Shown: positions 1-9,019 of the stretch, piece by piece
Layout of the letters: the number at the start of each line of letters is the position of its first letter
How positions within the stretch are numbered: position 1 is the first letter of the stretch
DNA from: Escherichia phage K1ind2
Strand: one strand, 5' to 3'
Length of the DNA: 42,765 nt
Sequence record: NC_041898.1
The notes under the pieces: model-generated
Told to the model about the DNA's origin: nothing
The model's input: the letters and a program-made list of their open reading frames with translations, nothing else
The model's database searches: none
Program-made: the position numbers and the translations under genes

Positions 1-1251
1 ATGAGTATTCAGCTATCAGCCCCTCAGGCGCTGTTCCTGAACTGCGATAACAAATACAAGGCCTATGTCGGCGGCTTCGGCAGCGGTAAGACGTTTGTAG
101 GCTGTCTGGACCTGCTTACGTTCATGCTTAAGCACCCCGGTACGCGCCTCGGCTACTTCGGCCCGACATACCCGGCTATCCGCGACATCTTCTACCCTAC
201 GTTTGAAGAGGCGGCTAACCTCCTGGGCCTCGATGTTCTGGTTAAATCTGGTGACAAAGAGGTCGTCGTTACGCGGGGCAAGACAGTAATTGGGACTGTA
301 ATCTGCCGCTCGATGGATAACCCAGGCTCTATCGTCGGCTTCAAAATCGCGGCTGCGGTCGTCGATGAGTTGGATGTACTGAGCCGCGAGAAAGCGGAAC
401 TGGCGTGGAACAAAATCGTTGCCCGTATGCGTCTGGTTATCCCTGGTGTAATTAACCACATCTCCGTTACCACGACACCGGAGGGGTTCAAGTTCGTATA
501 CGCCAAATTCAAAGAGAACCCGACGCCGAGTTACTCGATGGTCCAGGCCTCGACTCACGAGAACGCGAGATTCCTGCCGCCGGATTACATCAGCTCGCTG
601 ACAGAGACTTACCCTGCGCAGTTGATTAACGCGTATCTGAACGGCGAGTTCGTCAACCTTACTTCTGGCAGTGTCTACTACGCCTACGACCGACGAAAGC
701 ACCGCAGCAAAGAGACAATTCAACCTGGCGACACTCTGTACATCGGGCAGGACTTCAACGTTACGAAGAACGCCAGCGCCGTGTATGTGCAACGTAAAGA
801 CGGCTGGCACGCGGTGGCAGAACTGAAAGGTCTGTTTGACACGCCAGACACCGTGCGAGTAATTACTGAGAAGTGGAAGTCGCAAGGCCACCGCATCGTC
901 GTTTACCCCGACGCCAGCGGCAAGAACCGCAAAACCAACTCGGCGTCAATCTCTGATATTGCATTACTCCAGCAGGCCGGGTTCGATGTGCGGGCTAAAT
1001 CTGCAAACCCACCAGTTAAAGACCGTGTTTTAGCCGTGAATACCGCACTGGAAAAAGGTAAGCTGTGGGTTAACGACCACTTATGCCCGGAGATAGCCAA
1101 GACGCTGGAGCAACAGGCGTACGACGACAACGGAGAGCCAGCTAAAGACGGCATCATTGACCATATGGCGGATGCGCTTGGCTATCCTGTAGTTTACGAG
1201 ATGCCGGTGGTTAAACCAGTAATCAACATCCCGGTGACTTTCGCACTTTAA
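1..1251 (+). CDS. Terminase large subunit
   Basis: 416 aa ORF starting at window base 1; Walker A-like GGFGSGKT near N-terminus; followed directly by portal-sized ORF. Start may lie at or upstream of the window edge. Confidence 0.85.
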   Translation: MSIQLSAPQALFLNCDNKYKAYVGGFGSGKTFVGCLDLLTFMLKHPGTRLGYFGPTYPAIRDIFYPTFEEAANLLGLDVLVKSGDKEVVVTRGKTVIGTVICRSMDNPGSIVGFKIAAAVVDELDVLSREKAELAWNKIVARMRLVIPGVINHISVTTTPEGFKFVYAKFKENPTPSYSMVQASTHENARFLPPDYISSLTETYPAQLINAYLNGEFVNLTSGSVYYAYDRRKHRSKETIQPGDTLYIGQDFNVTKNASAVYVQRKDGWHAVAELKGLFDTPDTVRVITEKWKSQGHRIVVYPDASGKNRKTNSASISDIALLQQAGFDVRAKSANPPVKDRVLAVNTALEKGKLWVNDHLCPEIAKTLEQQAYDDNGEPAKDGIIDHMADALGYPVVYEMPVVKPVINIPVTFAL

Positions 1252-1263
1252 GAGGATTATTCA

Positions 1264-2745
1264 ATGTTAACTATGAACGGTCAGAATCAGGGTGTTAAGA
1301 CAAAACACCGGGAATGGCTGCATCACTTCGATAAATGGCAGAAGGTGCGCCACGCACTGGAGGGTGACCTTATCCGCTATCTGCGAAACGTCGGGAAGAA
1401 CGAGCCGGACCCAACTTATGCAGCCCAGCGCCAGGAAGAATACGAGAACGGCGCTATCTGCTACAATTTCACCAAGCGTACCCTGTCGGGTATGGTTGGC
1501 TCGGTAATGCGAAAAGACCCGGAGCAGATTATTCCACGTGAACTGGAATACCTGTTACGCAATGCCGATGGCTCGGGTGTCGGCCTGTGGCAGCACGCGC
1601 AGGATACGCTGATGGAGATTGACTCGGTGGGTCGTGGCGGTTTACTGGTGGATGCGCCGGAGACAGCGGCAGCGACGGCAGCCGAACAGAACGCCGGATT
1701 ATTAAACCCGGTCATCGCATTCTATACCGCAGAGAACATCATCAACTGGCGACTCACTCGCGTAGGCTCTGTTAACCGCGTTACGATGGTAGTGCTGCGT
1801 GAGGTATGGGAATATTCAGAACCTGGAGCCGAGTTTGAAACCAAGTTTGGGGAACAATACCGCGTTCTCGACTTGATTGACGGGCGCTACCGTCAGCGCA
1901 TATACCGATTCGATGCGGAAGGCGGCGCGCAAGACGAAGTAATAGAAATCTTCCCGGAACTGGGCGAACAGTTGCGCGGTAAAATCCCGTTCACGTTCAT
2001 CGGGGCCAGCAACAACGACGCGACGGTTGATGACGCGCCTTTGCTGCCGTTAGCTGAGCTTAATATCGGGCATTTTCGCAACAGCGCAGACAATGAGGAA
2101 TCTAGCTTCGTTGTAGGCCAGCCCACTCTGTTCATCGCCCCCGGTGAGAACATGAGCATGGTGCAATGGAAAGAGGCCAACCCCCACGGCGTACGTATGG
2201 GTTCACGTTCGGGCCACAATATCGGCTACGGCGGCAACGCGTTTCTGGTCCAGGCGGGAGAGAATAACCTCGCCAAACAGAACATGTTGGATAAAGAGAA
2301 TCAGGCAATCCAGATTGGTGCACAGCTTATCACGCCTACGCAGCAAATCACCGCCGAATCCGCTCGCCTGCAACGTGCTGCCGATACGTCCGTAATGACA
2401 ACCATTGCGCGTAACGTAAGCATGGCGTACACCGAAGCGTTGCGTTGGGTGGCTGCGATGCTGGGTCTACGCGAAGGAACGGAAATTGAGTTCAAGCTGA
2501 ATATGGAATTCTTCCTGCAACCAATGACCGCTCAGGACCGTGCGCAGTGGATGGCAGACATTAATGCCAGTTTACTACCGGCAACTGCTTACTACGCCGC
2601 GTTGCGTAAGGCTGGGGTAACTGACTGGACTGACGAGGAGATTACAACGGCTATTGAGGATGCACCTGCGCCGTTAGGCGCTGTTACTCAGGTAACTGGC
2701 GAGATTCCGCAGTCGGCGCAACAGCAGGATGCCACCCAGCAGTAA
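1264..2745 (+). CDS. Portal protein (putative)
   Basis: 493 aa ORF immediately downstream of terminase; size and position typical of portal; followed by hairpin terminator. Confidence 0.7.
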   Translation: MLTMNGQNQGVKTKHREWLHHFDKWQKVRHALEGDLIRYLRNVGKNEPDPTYAAQRQEEYENGAICYNFTKRTLSGMVGSVMRKDPEQIIPRELEYLLRNADGSGVGLWQHAQDTLMEIDSVGRGGLLVDAPETAAATAAEQNAGLLNPVIAFYTAENIINWRLTRVGSVNRVTMVVLREVWEYSEPGAEFETKFGEQYRVLDLIDGRYRQRIYRFDAEGGAQDEVIEIFPELGEQLRGKIPFTFIGASNNDATVDDAPLLPLAELNIGHFRNSADNEESSFVVGQPTLFIAPGENMSMVQWKEANPHGVRMGSRSGHNIGYGGNAFLVQAGENNLAKQNMLDKENQAIQIGAQLITPTQQITAESARLQRAADTSVMTTIARNVSMAYTEALRWVAAMLGLREGTEIEFKLNMEFFLQPMTAQDRAQWMADINASLLPATAYYAALRKAGVTDWTDEEITTAIEDAPAPLGAVTQVTGEIPQSAQQQDATQQ

Positions 2746-2755
2746 GTCCGCATAT

Positions 2756-2775
2756 AGCCCCGAAAGGGGCTTTCT
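2756..2775 (+). terminator. Rho-independent terminator-like hairpin
   Basis: agccccgaaaggggct stem-loop followed by T-rich tract; same hairpin sequence recurs at 4325-4345. Confidence 0.55.
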
Positions 2776-2781
2776 TATAGT

Positions 2782-3858
2782 ATGCTATTAACTTTAGCGC
2801 CACAGGGTTTATCTATGAGCTTACTTACATCGCTAATCAGCCACCAGATATGGCTGCAACGCACCGCATCCGGCGAAGTGAAAGACCTCGCGCCGTTCAT
2901 TAAGGAAATGCGGGACGAAATCAAACAGCAGGTGCTGCTATTCGGTGACGACGGGCGTAGCACCGCGCGACTGAATAAACTGTTACGCGACCTGGAAGAA
3001 GCACTGGCAGGACTTACAGGTGACTGGCGAACAAAGCTGACAGAAGACCTTAAGGAACTGGCAGCGTATGAGGCGGAGTGGAACGTAAAAACGCTGACGA
3101 CTAACGTCAACGCGGAATTTGTTACACCTACCGCCGAACAGGTGTGGGCCGCTGCCGAGTTTCAGCCCTTATCGTTAAGCGACAAACCTGTTGATTTCAC
3201 TAAGCTGATGTCAGGCTGGGGTGAAACCGAAGTCGCGCGCCTGGTAACGGGTGTTAAGATGGGCTTTGTACAAGGTCAAACCACGCGGCAGATTGTTAAG
3301 AATGTTGTTGGTGCCGGTGGGCTAACTGACATATCTGAGCGCACCGCGGCTACCGTCATCCGCACCGCGCTGTCTCACGTGTCCAACGAAGCCCGTAACG
3401 AGACGTACCGCCAGAACGACGACATCATCGAGAAGTACGAGTGGGTGTCAACGCTTGACAGCCGCACCAGTACGATTTGCAGGGTCAGAGACGGAATGAC
3501 GTGGGGAATCGGTAAAGGTCCGATGCCCCCCGCCCATCCTAACTGTCGAAGTACCACGGCCCCTGTAATCAGTTCCGAGTTCGACTTCCTCGATAAAGGC
3601 GCAAAACGCGCGGCTAAAGGCGCATACGGCGGTACTCAGGTAAGCGCGGACACCACTTATTACGAGTTCCTGAAACAACAGCCTGCATGGTTTCAGGACC
3701 AGGCGCTCGGCCCTGTTCGCGGTAAGATTTTCCGTAACAGCGGTATATCGCCGGAAGAGTTTCGCGTAATATCTGTAGATGGTTTCGGGAATCCGCTCAC
3801 GCTTAAACAGATGGCGGAACTCGATAAACGTGTTGCTGATTATCTGAAAGGGGATTAA
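2782..3858 (+). CDS. Head morphogenesis / minor head protein (putative)
   Basis: 358 aa ORF after portal, the position usually occupied by an SPP1 gp7 / Mu F-like protein; assignment by synteny only. Confidence 0.5.
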   Translation: MLLTLAPQGLSMSLLTSLISHQIWLQRTASGEVKDLAPFIKEMRDEIKQQVLLFGDDGRSTARLNKLLRDLEEALAGLTGDWRTKLTEDLKELAAYEAEWNVKTLTTNVNAEFVTPTAEQVWAAAEFQPLSLSDKPVDFTKLMSGWGETEVARLVTGVKMGFVQGQTTRQIVKNVVGAGGLTDISERTAATVIRTALSHVSNEARNETYRQNDDIIEKYEWVSTLDSRTSTICRVRDGMTWGIGKGPMPPAHPNCRSTTAPVISSEFDFLDKGAKRAAKGAYGGTQVSADTTYYEFLKQQPAWFQDQALGPVRGKIFRNSGISPEEFRVISVDGFGNPLTLKQMAELDKRVADYLKGD

Positions 3859-4319
3859 TGATGGGCTTTTTCAAAGTAACTGATGTACCGTCACGTCGCG
3901 TAGTCCAGTACGCCCGCGTGTCTGGCTCTGGTGAGAACGTGGTGTTTATTGATGATGAAAGTGTACTCGGTACACCCGAAGACGATATGCCGTTTGCAGA
4001 TAAAACCGGTATTGCGTTACCCGCGGCGGGCATGCTTTATGAAATTCCGTATCTGGCGGATGCAGGTGACGTGTATTTCTCGGTGCAACCGAAAGACACC
4101 GAGCTGGTCGACGGTAGCGCCACCATCACCGTCGAAGTTAAGGCGGGTAAAGCGCCGTGTGTACTGACCTGGTACAAAGACGGCAAGGAAGTGGTAAACG
4201 CCCCAGAAGAGGCTTTGTCTCTGACGGTTAATGCTGTCGGTGAATACTTCGTTAGAGTCACCGATGCCGATGGGGTAGAGGCCGTCAGTAAAGCGGCGAA
4301 GGTTACTAAGCCAGAATAA
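3858..4319 (+). CDS. Hypothetical structural protein with C-terminal Ig-like domain
   Basis: 153 aa; start overlaps previous stop (TAATG); C-terminal LTWYKDGKEV...GEYFVRVTDADG resembles Ig-like (Big_2-type) domains; motif also seen in ORF 7320-7670. Confidence 0.5.
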   Translation: MMGFFKVTDVPSRRVVQYARVSGSGENVVFIDDESVLGTPEDDMPFADKTGIALPAAGMLYEIPYLADAGDVYFSVQPKDTELVDGSATITVEVKAGKAPCVLTWYKDGKEVVNAPEEALSLTVNAVGEYFVRVTDADGVEAVSKAAKVTKPE

Positions 4320-4324
4320 ACTGA

Positions 4325-4345
4325 AGCCCCGAAAGGGGCTTTTTA
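4325..4345 (+). terminator. Rho-independent terminator
   Basis: gccccgaaaggggc hairpin followed by TTTTT. Confidence 0.6.
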
Positions 4346-4614
4346 GTGCCTGTGATTATTACAGTTATTCCACTCAATTGTAAATGTTGGAATAAACTAT
4401 TCGAATAGTCGACTTTTCACCAAAAATGTGCTAAGCTCCACCTGAGCTTGTGAAGTATGAACAAGCGACCGCGGCGCGGCAGGTAACGGAGCCGGACGTT
4501 AAGTCCGAGTGTAGTTACGCTGACGCGTTCGGAAGGGCCATACTCTATTGCTTGTGTAAAAAGTAACTGGTTTACTGAGATTACGCCGTTTCTATGTTTA
4601 AATGATAAGTACTA

Positions 4615-4643
4615 GCGCCCCGCTTTAAGGCGGGGCTTTACTT
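4615..4643 (+). terminator. Terminator-like hairpin upstream of spanin genes
   Basis: gcgccccgc-ttta-aggcggggc stem-loop followed by T-rich run, about 20 nt before the Rz-like RBS (aaagggggaaacATG). Confidence 0.4.
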
Positions 4644-4661
4644 ATCGAGAAAGGGGGAAAC

Positions 4662-5048
4662 ATGAATCTTAAAGCAACTGTCGTAGCGGGAGCATGTTTC
4701 ATCATCCTGACTTACGCACACGGCATCTACCAGTATCGCATCGGCTGGAACGAAGGCCGGGCCAATCTCGTTTCACAGCAACAGCAGAAAGCACAGGCTG
4801 AGTTAGCGAAGAAAACACAACGGCAGCAGCAGGATGAATCAAAGGCCGCGGCTGCTGACAGCGAAGGCAAGACGAAATCAGAGGTGATTACCCGTGAAGT
4901 CGTTAAGTACATTAAAACGCCTGGTCGCAGCGTGTGCACTTTTGACCCTGAGCGCGTGCAGCTCAAGTCCCGCGCCGTCGCAAACGCCAATTCCATCCCC
5001 GGATATGACGATGATGCAGCCGCCGTGCAAACTGGCCCCGCCAAGTAG
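4662..5048 (+). CDS. i-spanin (Rz-like)
   Basis: 128 aa; N-terminal transmembrane segment (VVAGACFIILTYAHGIY) followed by Q/K/E-rich predicted coiled coil; embedded +1-frame lipoprotein ORF - the classic Rz/Rz1 overlapped architecture. Confidence 0.7.
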   Translation: MNLKATVVAGACFIILTYAHGIYQYRIGWNEGRANLVSQQQQKAQAELAKKTQRQQQDESKAAAADSEGKTKSEVITREVVKYIKTPGRSVCTFDPERVQLKSRAVANANSIPGYDDDAAAVQTGPAK

Positions 5049-5157
5049 CGACGCCGACGAGGATTTAGCTATCGACGTTCAGAATGCCGAATGTGTACGG
5101 CAACTGAGACTGAAAGTGTTCATGTTGCAGGATTACGTGAGGAATATTCTGGAATAG
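4894..5157 (+). CDS. o-spanin (Rz1-like outer membrane lipoprotein)
   Basis: 87 aa ORF starting inside the Rz-like gene in another frame and extending past its stop; signal peptide with lipobox LTLSAC; proline-rich mature region (SPAPSQTPIPSP...MQPPC). Confidence 0.7.
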   Translation: MKSLSTLKRLVAACALLTLSACSSSPAPSQTPIPSPDMTMMQPPCKLAPPSSDADEDLAIDVQNAECVRQLRLKVFMLQDYVRNILE

Positions 5158-5239
5158 TTGCCTTGCATGTTGGAATAATTTATTCTTGACATGTAAATCC
5201 GGGTGGCCCGGATTCCAACGTCCAGGGGACATACTGACT

Positions 5240-5941
5240 ATGAATCGTTTTTTACATTATCCGTTCCAGGAAGAAGCTGGGGCAGAAGATAAAGCCGGTG
5301 GCGGTGATGCGCCGAAAATGTTCACCGCGGAAGAAGTTCAGGCGCTGATTGAGAAAGAAGTTGCCGGGCTTAAGGCCAATCAGGAAGCATTACTGGCGGA
5401 GAAGAAAGAAGCCGCCCGTAAAGCAAGAGATGCCGAAGAAGAACGGCAGCGCGCGCACCAGGAGGCGTTAAAAGCCGCTGGTAAGATGGACGAGTTCGAA
5501 AAGACGATTCGTAGCCAGTATGACCCGGTGTTAGCCGAGAAAGATGGTCGCATCTCTAAAATGGCAGAGCGCATCCTCGGTAGCGAACGTAAAGCGGTGT
5601 TAGGCTCTTTCGCAGGTGACTTTATTACCCCGGAAGCAGTGGACATTCTTGCACCGTTCGTTAAGACTGAGTTCGAAGGCGATGATGTGGTTACTAAGTT
5701 TGTCGGCGCAGATGGCAACGTAATCACGACTGACCCGGAACAGTTCCGCAAATACCTGCGCGAACACAAAGCGTTTTCGCATTTGATTAAAGCAAATGCA
5801 GCTTCCGGCGGCGGGGCTTCCGGTGGCAAAGGCGGCGGGGCCGCACCAGCGTTTAAAGACATGAGTGAAGCGGAGCGTTTAGCTCTGTATAAATCGAACC
5901 CTGCCGAATTTGAACGGCAACTTAAAGCCCTGAGGAAATAA
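5240..5941 (+). CDS. Scaffolding protein (putative)
   Basis: ORF track gives 5186-5941 with a TTG start; ATG at 5240 has a GGGGA SD-like sequence upstream and is preferred. Alpha-helical, charged, E/K/A-rich protein immediately upstream of the major capsid gene. Confidence 0.5.
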   Translation: MNRFLHYPFQEEAGAEDKAGGGDAPKMFTAEEVQALIEKEVAGLKANQEALLAEKKEAARKARDAEEERQRAHQEALKAAGKMDEFEKTIRSQYDPVLAEKDGRISKMAERILGSERKAVLGSFAGDFITPEAVDILAPFVKTEFEGDDVVTKFVGADGNVITTDPEQFRKYLREHKAFSHLIKANAASGGGASGGKGGGAAPAFKDMSEAERLALYKSNPAEFERQLKALRK

Positions 5942-5943
5942 TA

Positions 5944-6993
5944 ATGGCAATTACCACTATCGGCGATATCGTAACTGGCAACATCCCGGTCCTGGCGTCT
6001 TATATGACCGAGGACCCGGTGGAAAAAACCGCGTTCTTCCAGTCCGGTATTCTGACCCCGACTCCGTACGCCGCAGAGATTGCTCGTGGTCCGTCCAACA
6101 TCGCCAACATTCCTTTCTGGAAAGCGATTGATACTTCTATCGAGCCTAATTACTCGAACGACGTATATCAGGACATCGCTACCCCGCGTAATGTGCAAAC
6201 CGGTGAGATGATGGCCCGCGTTGCGTACCTGAACGAAGGTTTTGGCCAGGCGGACCTGACTGTCGAACTGACCAGTCAGAATCCGCTGCAATCCGTAGCG
6301 TCCCGTCTGGATAACTTCTGGCAGCGTCAGGCACAACGCCGTCTGATTGCTACCGCGCTCGGTCTGTACAACGACAACGTAGCCGCTACCGATGCTTACC
6401 ACGAGCAGAATGACATGGTAATCGACGTGTCCGCTACTCTGGGCTTCGACTCCGGCGCGTTCATCGACGCTACCCAGACTATGGGCGATGCGCTGATGGC
6501 CAACGGCGGTGAAGTGCTGGGCGCTATCGCGATGCACAGCTTCGTGTACGCTCAGGCGCGTAAGCAGCAGCTTATCGATTTCATCAAAGATGCCGACAAC
6601 AACACCATGTTTGCCACCTACCAGGGCTACCGTGTGATTGTTGACGACAGCATGACCGTAGTAGGTACTGGCTCCAGCCGTAAGTTCATCTCCATCATCT
6701 TCGGCAACGGCGCTATTGGTTATGGTGAAGGCAATCCGTCCAATCCGCTGGAATACGAGCGCGAAGCGTCCCGCGGCAACGGCGGTGGCGTCGAAACCTT
6801 GTGGACCCGTAAGACCTGGTTGCTGCATCCGCTGGGCTACAGCTTCACCAGCACAGTAATCACTGGTAACGGTACTGAAACCGTAGCCCGCTCTGCTTCC
6901 TGGCAGGACCTGGCGAACGCCTCCAACTGGAACCGCGTTGTTGACCGTAAGCATGTACCGATTGCCTTCCTGGTAACTGGTGTGGGTGCTTAA
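5944..6993 (+). CDS. Major capsid protein (putative)
   Basis: 349 aa; GAGGAAA SD before ATG; directly follows scaffold-like gene; followed by strong hairpin terminator. Confidence 0.7.
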   Translation: MAITTIGDIVTGNIPVLASYMTEDPVEKTAFFQSGILTPTPYAAEIARGPSNIANIPFWKAIDTSIEPNYSNDVYQDIATPRNVQTGEMMARVAYLNEGFGQADLTVELTSQNPLQSVASRLDNFWQRQAQRRLIATALGLYNDNVAATDAYHEQNDMVIDVSATLGFDSGAFIDATQTMGDALMANGGEVLGAIAMHSFVYAQARKQQLIDFIKDADNNTMFATYQGYRVIVDDSMTVVGTGSSRKFISIIFGNGAIGYGEGNPSNPLEYEREASRGNGGGVETLWTRKTWLLHPLGYSFTSTVITGNGTETVARSASWQDLANASNWNRVVDRKHVPIAFLVTGVGA

Positions 6994-7008
6994 GGTTAAG
7001 TTATAATC

Positions 7009-7034
7009 GAGAGGGACTTCGGTCCCTCTTTTCA
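7009..7034 (+). terminator. Rho-independent terminator after capsid gene
   Basis: gagggac-ttcg-gtccctc hairpin followed by TTTTC. Confidence 0.7.
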
Positions 7035-7052
7035 TTTACTAAGAGGTAAATT

Positions 7053-7307
7053 ATGGCTAAGACCGGAAAGGGCTTACCGCGCAGCCTTGAGAACACCGAT
7101 TTCAGCAATGTTGTGCCAGAAGCAACAGCAGAAACCGCTGGGCTGGTTAAGAAAGGCGCTGCGGTAACGAACATCGGATCACAGACCGTTACTGGCGGAG
7201 ACGCCGCTGCCGTGGCTACGTCCGCGCAGACCGCGGTTAACGCAGTAGGCACTAAATTGAACGCACTTCTGGCGCAACTCCGCGCTGCTGGCGTAATTGA
7301 ATCGTAA
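7053..7307 (+). CDS. Hypothetical protein (head-associated by position)
   Basis: 84 aa ORF with RBS-like aagaggtaaattATG; A/T/G-rich small protein. Confidence 0.4.
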   Translation: MAKTGKGLPRSLENTDFSNVVPEATAETAGLVKKGAAVTNIGSQTVTGGDAAAVATSAQTAVNAVGTKLNALLAQLRAAGVIES

Positions 7308-7319
7308 AGGAGATTTAGC

Positions 7320-7670
7320 ATGGTTGATGTAATCAAGCGTCGCACCACCGGTGTAACTGACGACGGTCCGGCTGACGGTCAACTGGAAATCGACATGGTG
7401 AACATTTCACCTGCGTCTTTTTCTACCGCGCTGGCCGCCACTACGGCAGTAACCGCCGGGCAGACTATGACCCTGACCGTAGCCGTTACTGGTGGTCTGG
7501 CCCCGTACTCCTACCAGTGGTACAAAGATAACAACGCTATCGCTGGCGCAAACGCTGCTTCTTATGCGAAGGCGTCCACTACTACCGCAGATTCAGGCAC
7601 GTATAAAGTGGTTGTTCACGATGTGTATGGTAATATTATCTCCAGCAGCACTGTAGCAACTGTGTCTTAA
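7320..7670 (+). CDS. Ig-like domain protein (possible capsid decoration)
   Basis: 116 aa; QTMTLTVAVTGGLAPYSYQWYKDNNAIAG...SGTYKVVV pattern typical of Ig-like/Big domains; followed by hairpin ggccc-ttcg-gggcc. Confidence 0.5.
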   Translation: MVDVIKRRTTGVTDDGPADGQLEIDMVNISPASFSTALAATTAVTAGQTMTLTVAVTGGLAPYSYQWYKDNNAIAGANAASYAKASTTTADSGTYKVVVHDVYGNIISSSTVATVS

Positions 7671-7706
7671 TACAACGGCCCTTCGGGGCCGTAATAAGGA
7701 AAGGTC

Positions 7707-7886
7707 ATGGCAGATAATTATGTAATCCGCGAAAAGTACACCCACGTTGATATGGTTGATGGTCAGGTGATGCCCGTGCGCGGTGTTGTAGATGCGGATG
7801 AGCTTGTGGCAACGCAACCAGATAACGAAGAAGCGCACAACAACGGCGGTGGGACTAAACGTCGTCGCCGTAAGTCTGAGGAATAA
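7707..7886 (+). CDS. Small hypothetical protein (59 aa)
   Basis: Hand-found ORF below the 60 aa track threshold; AAGGAAAGG SD before ATG 7707; fills the gap between neighbouring genes; basic C-terminus KRRRRKSEE. Confidence 0.4.
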   Translation: MADNYVIREKYTHVDMVDGQVMPVRGVVDADELVATQPDNEEAHNNGGGTKRRRRKSEE

Positions 7887-7889
7887 TTT

Positions 7890-8402
7890 ATGCCGCTAAT
7901 CGTGGAAACGGGTGAAATCGTCCCTAATGCCGACAGTTACATTAGCCTGGCTGACGCCCGCGCGTTAGCGGCTAATTATGGTCTTGAGTTACCTGTCGAC
8001 GATACCGCCGCAGAGGTGGCCCTGCGAAATGGTGCTACATACGTCGGCCTGTCTGAACCTCAGATGTGCGGTCGCCGTGTGTCAGCAGAGCAGTCGCTGG
8101 CGTACCCGCGCACAGGGGTGACTCTGAACGGCTTCCCTGTGGCGAACAATGTAATCCCTAAGCAGGTAATTCTCGCACAGGTAATCGCCGCGGTAACATA
8201 CGGCGCAGGCACAGAGGTGCGTGCCAACTCGGACGGGCGTTCAGTACAGACTGAGCGCGTAGAGGGCGCAGTAACCGTCACCTATTTCAACAACGGCAGT
8301 TCTGGCGCTACTACATCAATCACCGCAGCCGATGATGCATTGCGCCCGCTTCTTTGCGGAGGCCTTAACAATGGCTTCTCGTTTAACGTGTACCGGGGTT
8401 AA
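7890..8402 (+). CDS. Hypothetical head-tail connector region protein
   Basis: 170 aa ORF, tightly packed in the structural operon; function by position only. Confidence 0.45.
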   Translation: MPLIVETGEIVPNADSYISLADARALAANYGLELPVDDTAAEVALRNGATYVGLSEPQMCGRRVSAEQSLAYPRTGVTLNGFPVANNVIPKQVILAQVIAAVTYGAGTEVRANSDGRSVQTERVEGAVTVTYFNNGSSGATTSITAADDALRPLLCGGLNNGFSFNVYRG

Positions 8403-8404
8403 AA

Positions 8405-9019
8405 ATGGCGAAGACTAAAACAGAGATATTTACGCTAATCGGGTCTGAATTGCCGGATAACACAACCGGGCTAATCACCCCTGAGAAGTTACGCGGTGTT
8501 CTCACTCAAATGGCTGACTCGCCTATTTATGCCAACCCTGGCGTGAAAGAGGTTGAGGTGCTACGTGCGGCATCTACTGTCGTTCAGGCTCCGTCCGCGG
8601 TCGATACCGCGTTGCAACTAACCTTCGGTGCAGCGCAGGGTAGTGCCTCTGACCCTGTCATGATTAATGCCGCGGGTCTGGTAACTTTCAATACCGCGGG
8701 CAACTATGCCGTTCGCATTAAGCTACAGGCTGGGAGAACCGGAGCCAGCGGCACGTCTATCTTGTTGTCACGCATTCTGGTAAACGGCGCTCAGTACGGC
8801 TCGCCGGCAGCTACGAAACTGGTTAGCGCGGAAACTACCATCCCTATTGAATCCCGTGTAGTTATTAACCCAACCGCCGGACAAACATTTGCCGTTCAGA
8901 TTATGCGAGACAGCGCTGGGACAAACTTCGGCGGCGTATATCCGCGGGCCGCAACAGTGACCGCATGGGGTACAGCACCTTCGGCATTACTGGTTATCTC
9001 GAGACTGGAGGCCGCGTAA
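8405..9019 (+). CDS. Hypothetical structural protein
   Basis: 204 aa ORF starting 3 nt after previous stop. Confidence 0.45.
   Translation: MAKTKTEIFTLIGSELPDNTTGLITPEKLRGVLTQMADSPIYANPGVKEVEVLRAASTVVQAPSAVDTALQLTFGAAQGSASDPVMINAAGLVTFNTAGNYAVRIKLQAGRTGASGTSILLSRILVNGAQYGSPAATKLVSAETTIPIESRVVINPTAGQTFAVQIMRDSAGTNFGGVYPRAATVTAWGTAPSALLVISRLEAA

Noticed and set aside
4396-4409. TTCGAAT-containing segment examined as a possible tRNA T-arm
   Set aside because: It is a simple palindrome (ACTATTCGAATAGT) with no acceptor, D or anticodon arms nearby. No convincing tRNA was seen anywhere in the window by eye; a tRNA scan was not run.
4384-5177. 12-bp exact direct repeat ATGTTGGAATAA (4384-4395 and 5166-5177) flanking the spanin genes, considered as possible insertion-site duplication
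   Set aside because: A 12-bp exact match is expected by chance many times in a 42.8-kb sequence; the extended similarity is only about 17 of 19 nt. Not enough to claim target-site duplication.
5380-7035. 551-aa ORF on the minus strand antisense to the scaffold and major capsid genes
   Set aside because: It overlaps two well-supported plus-strand genes with SD sequences and operon context; the translation is low-complexity and typical of antisense reading of codon-biased genes. Other long antisense ORFs (for example 10227-10877, 16371-17013, 33202-34785) were rejected for the same reason.
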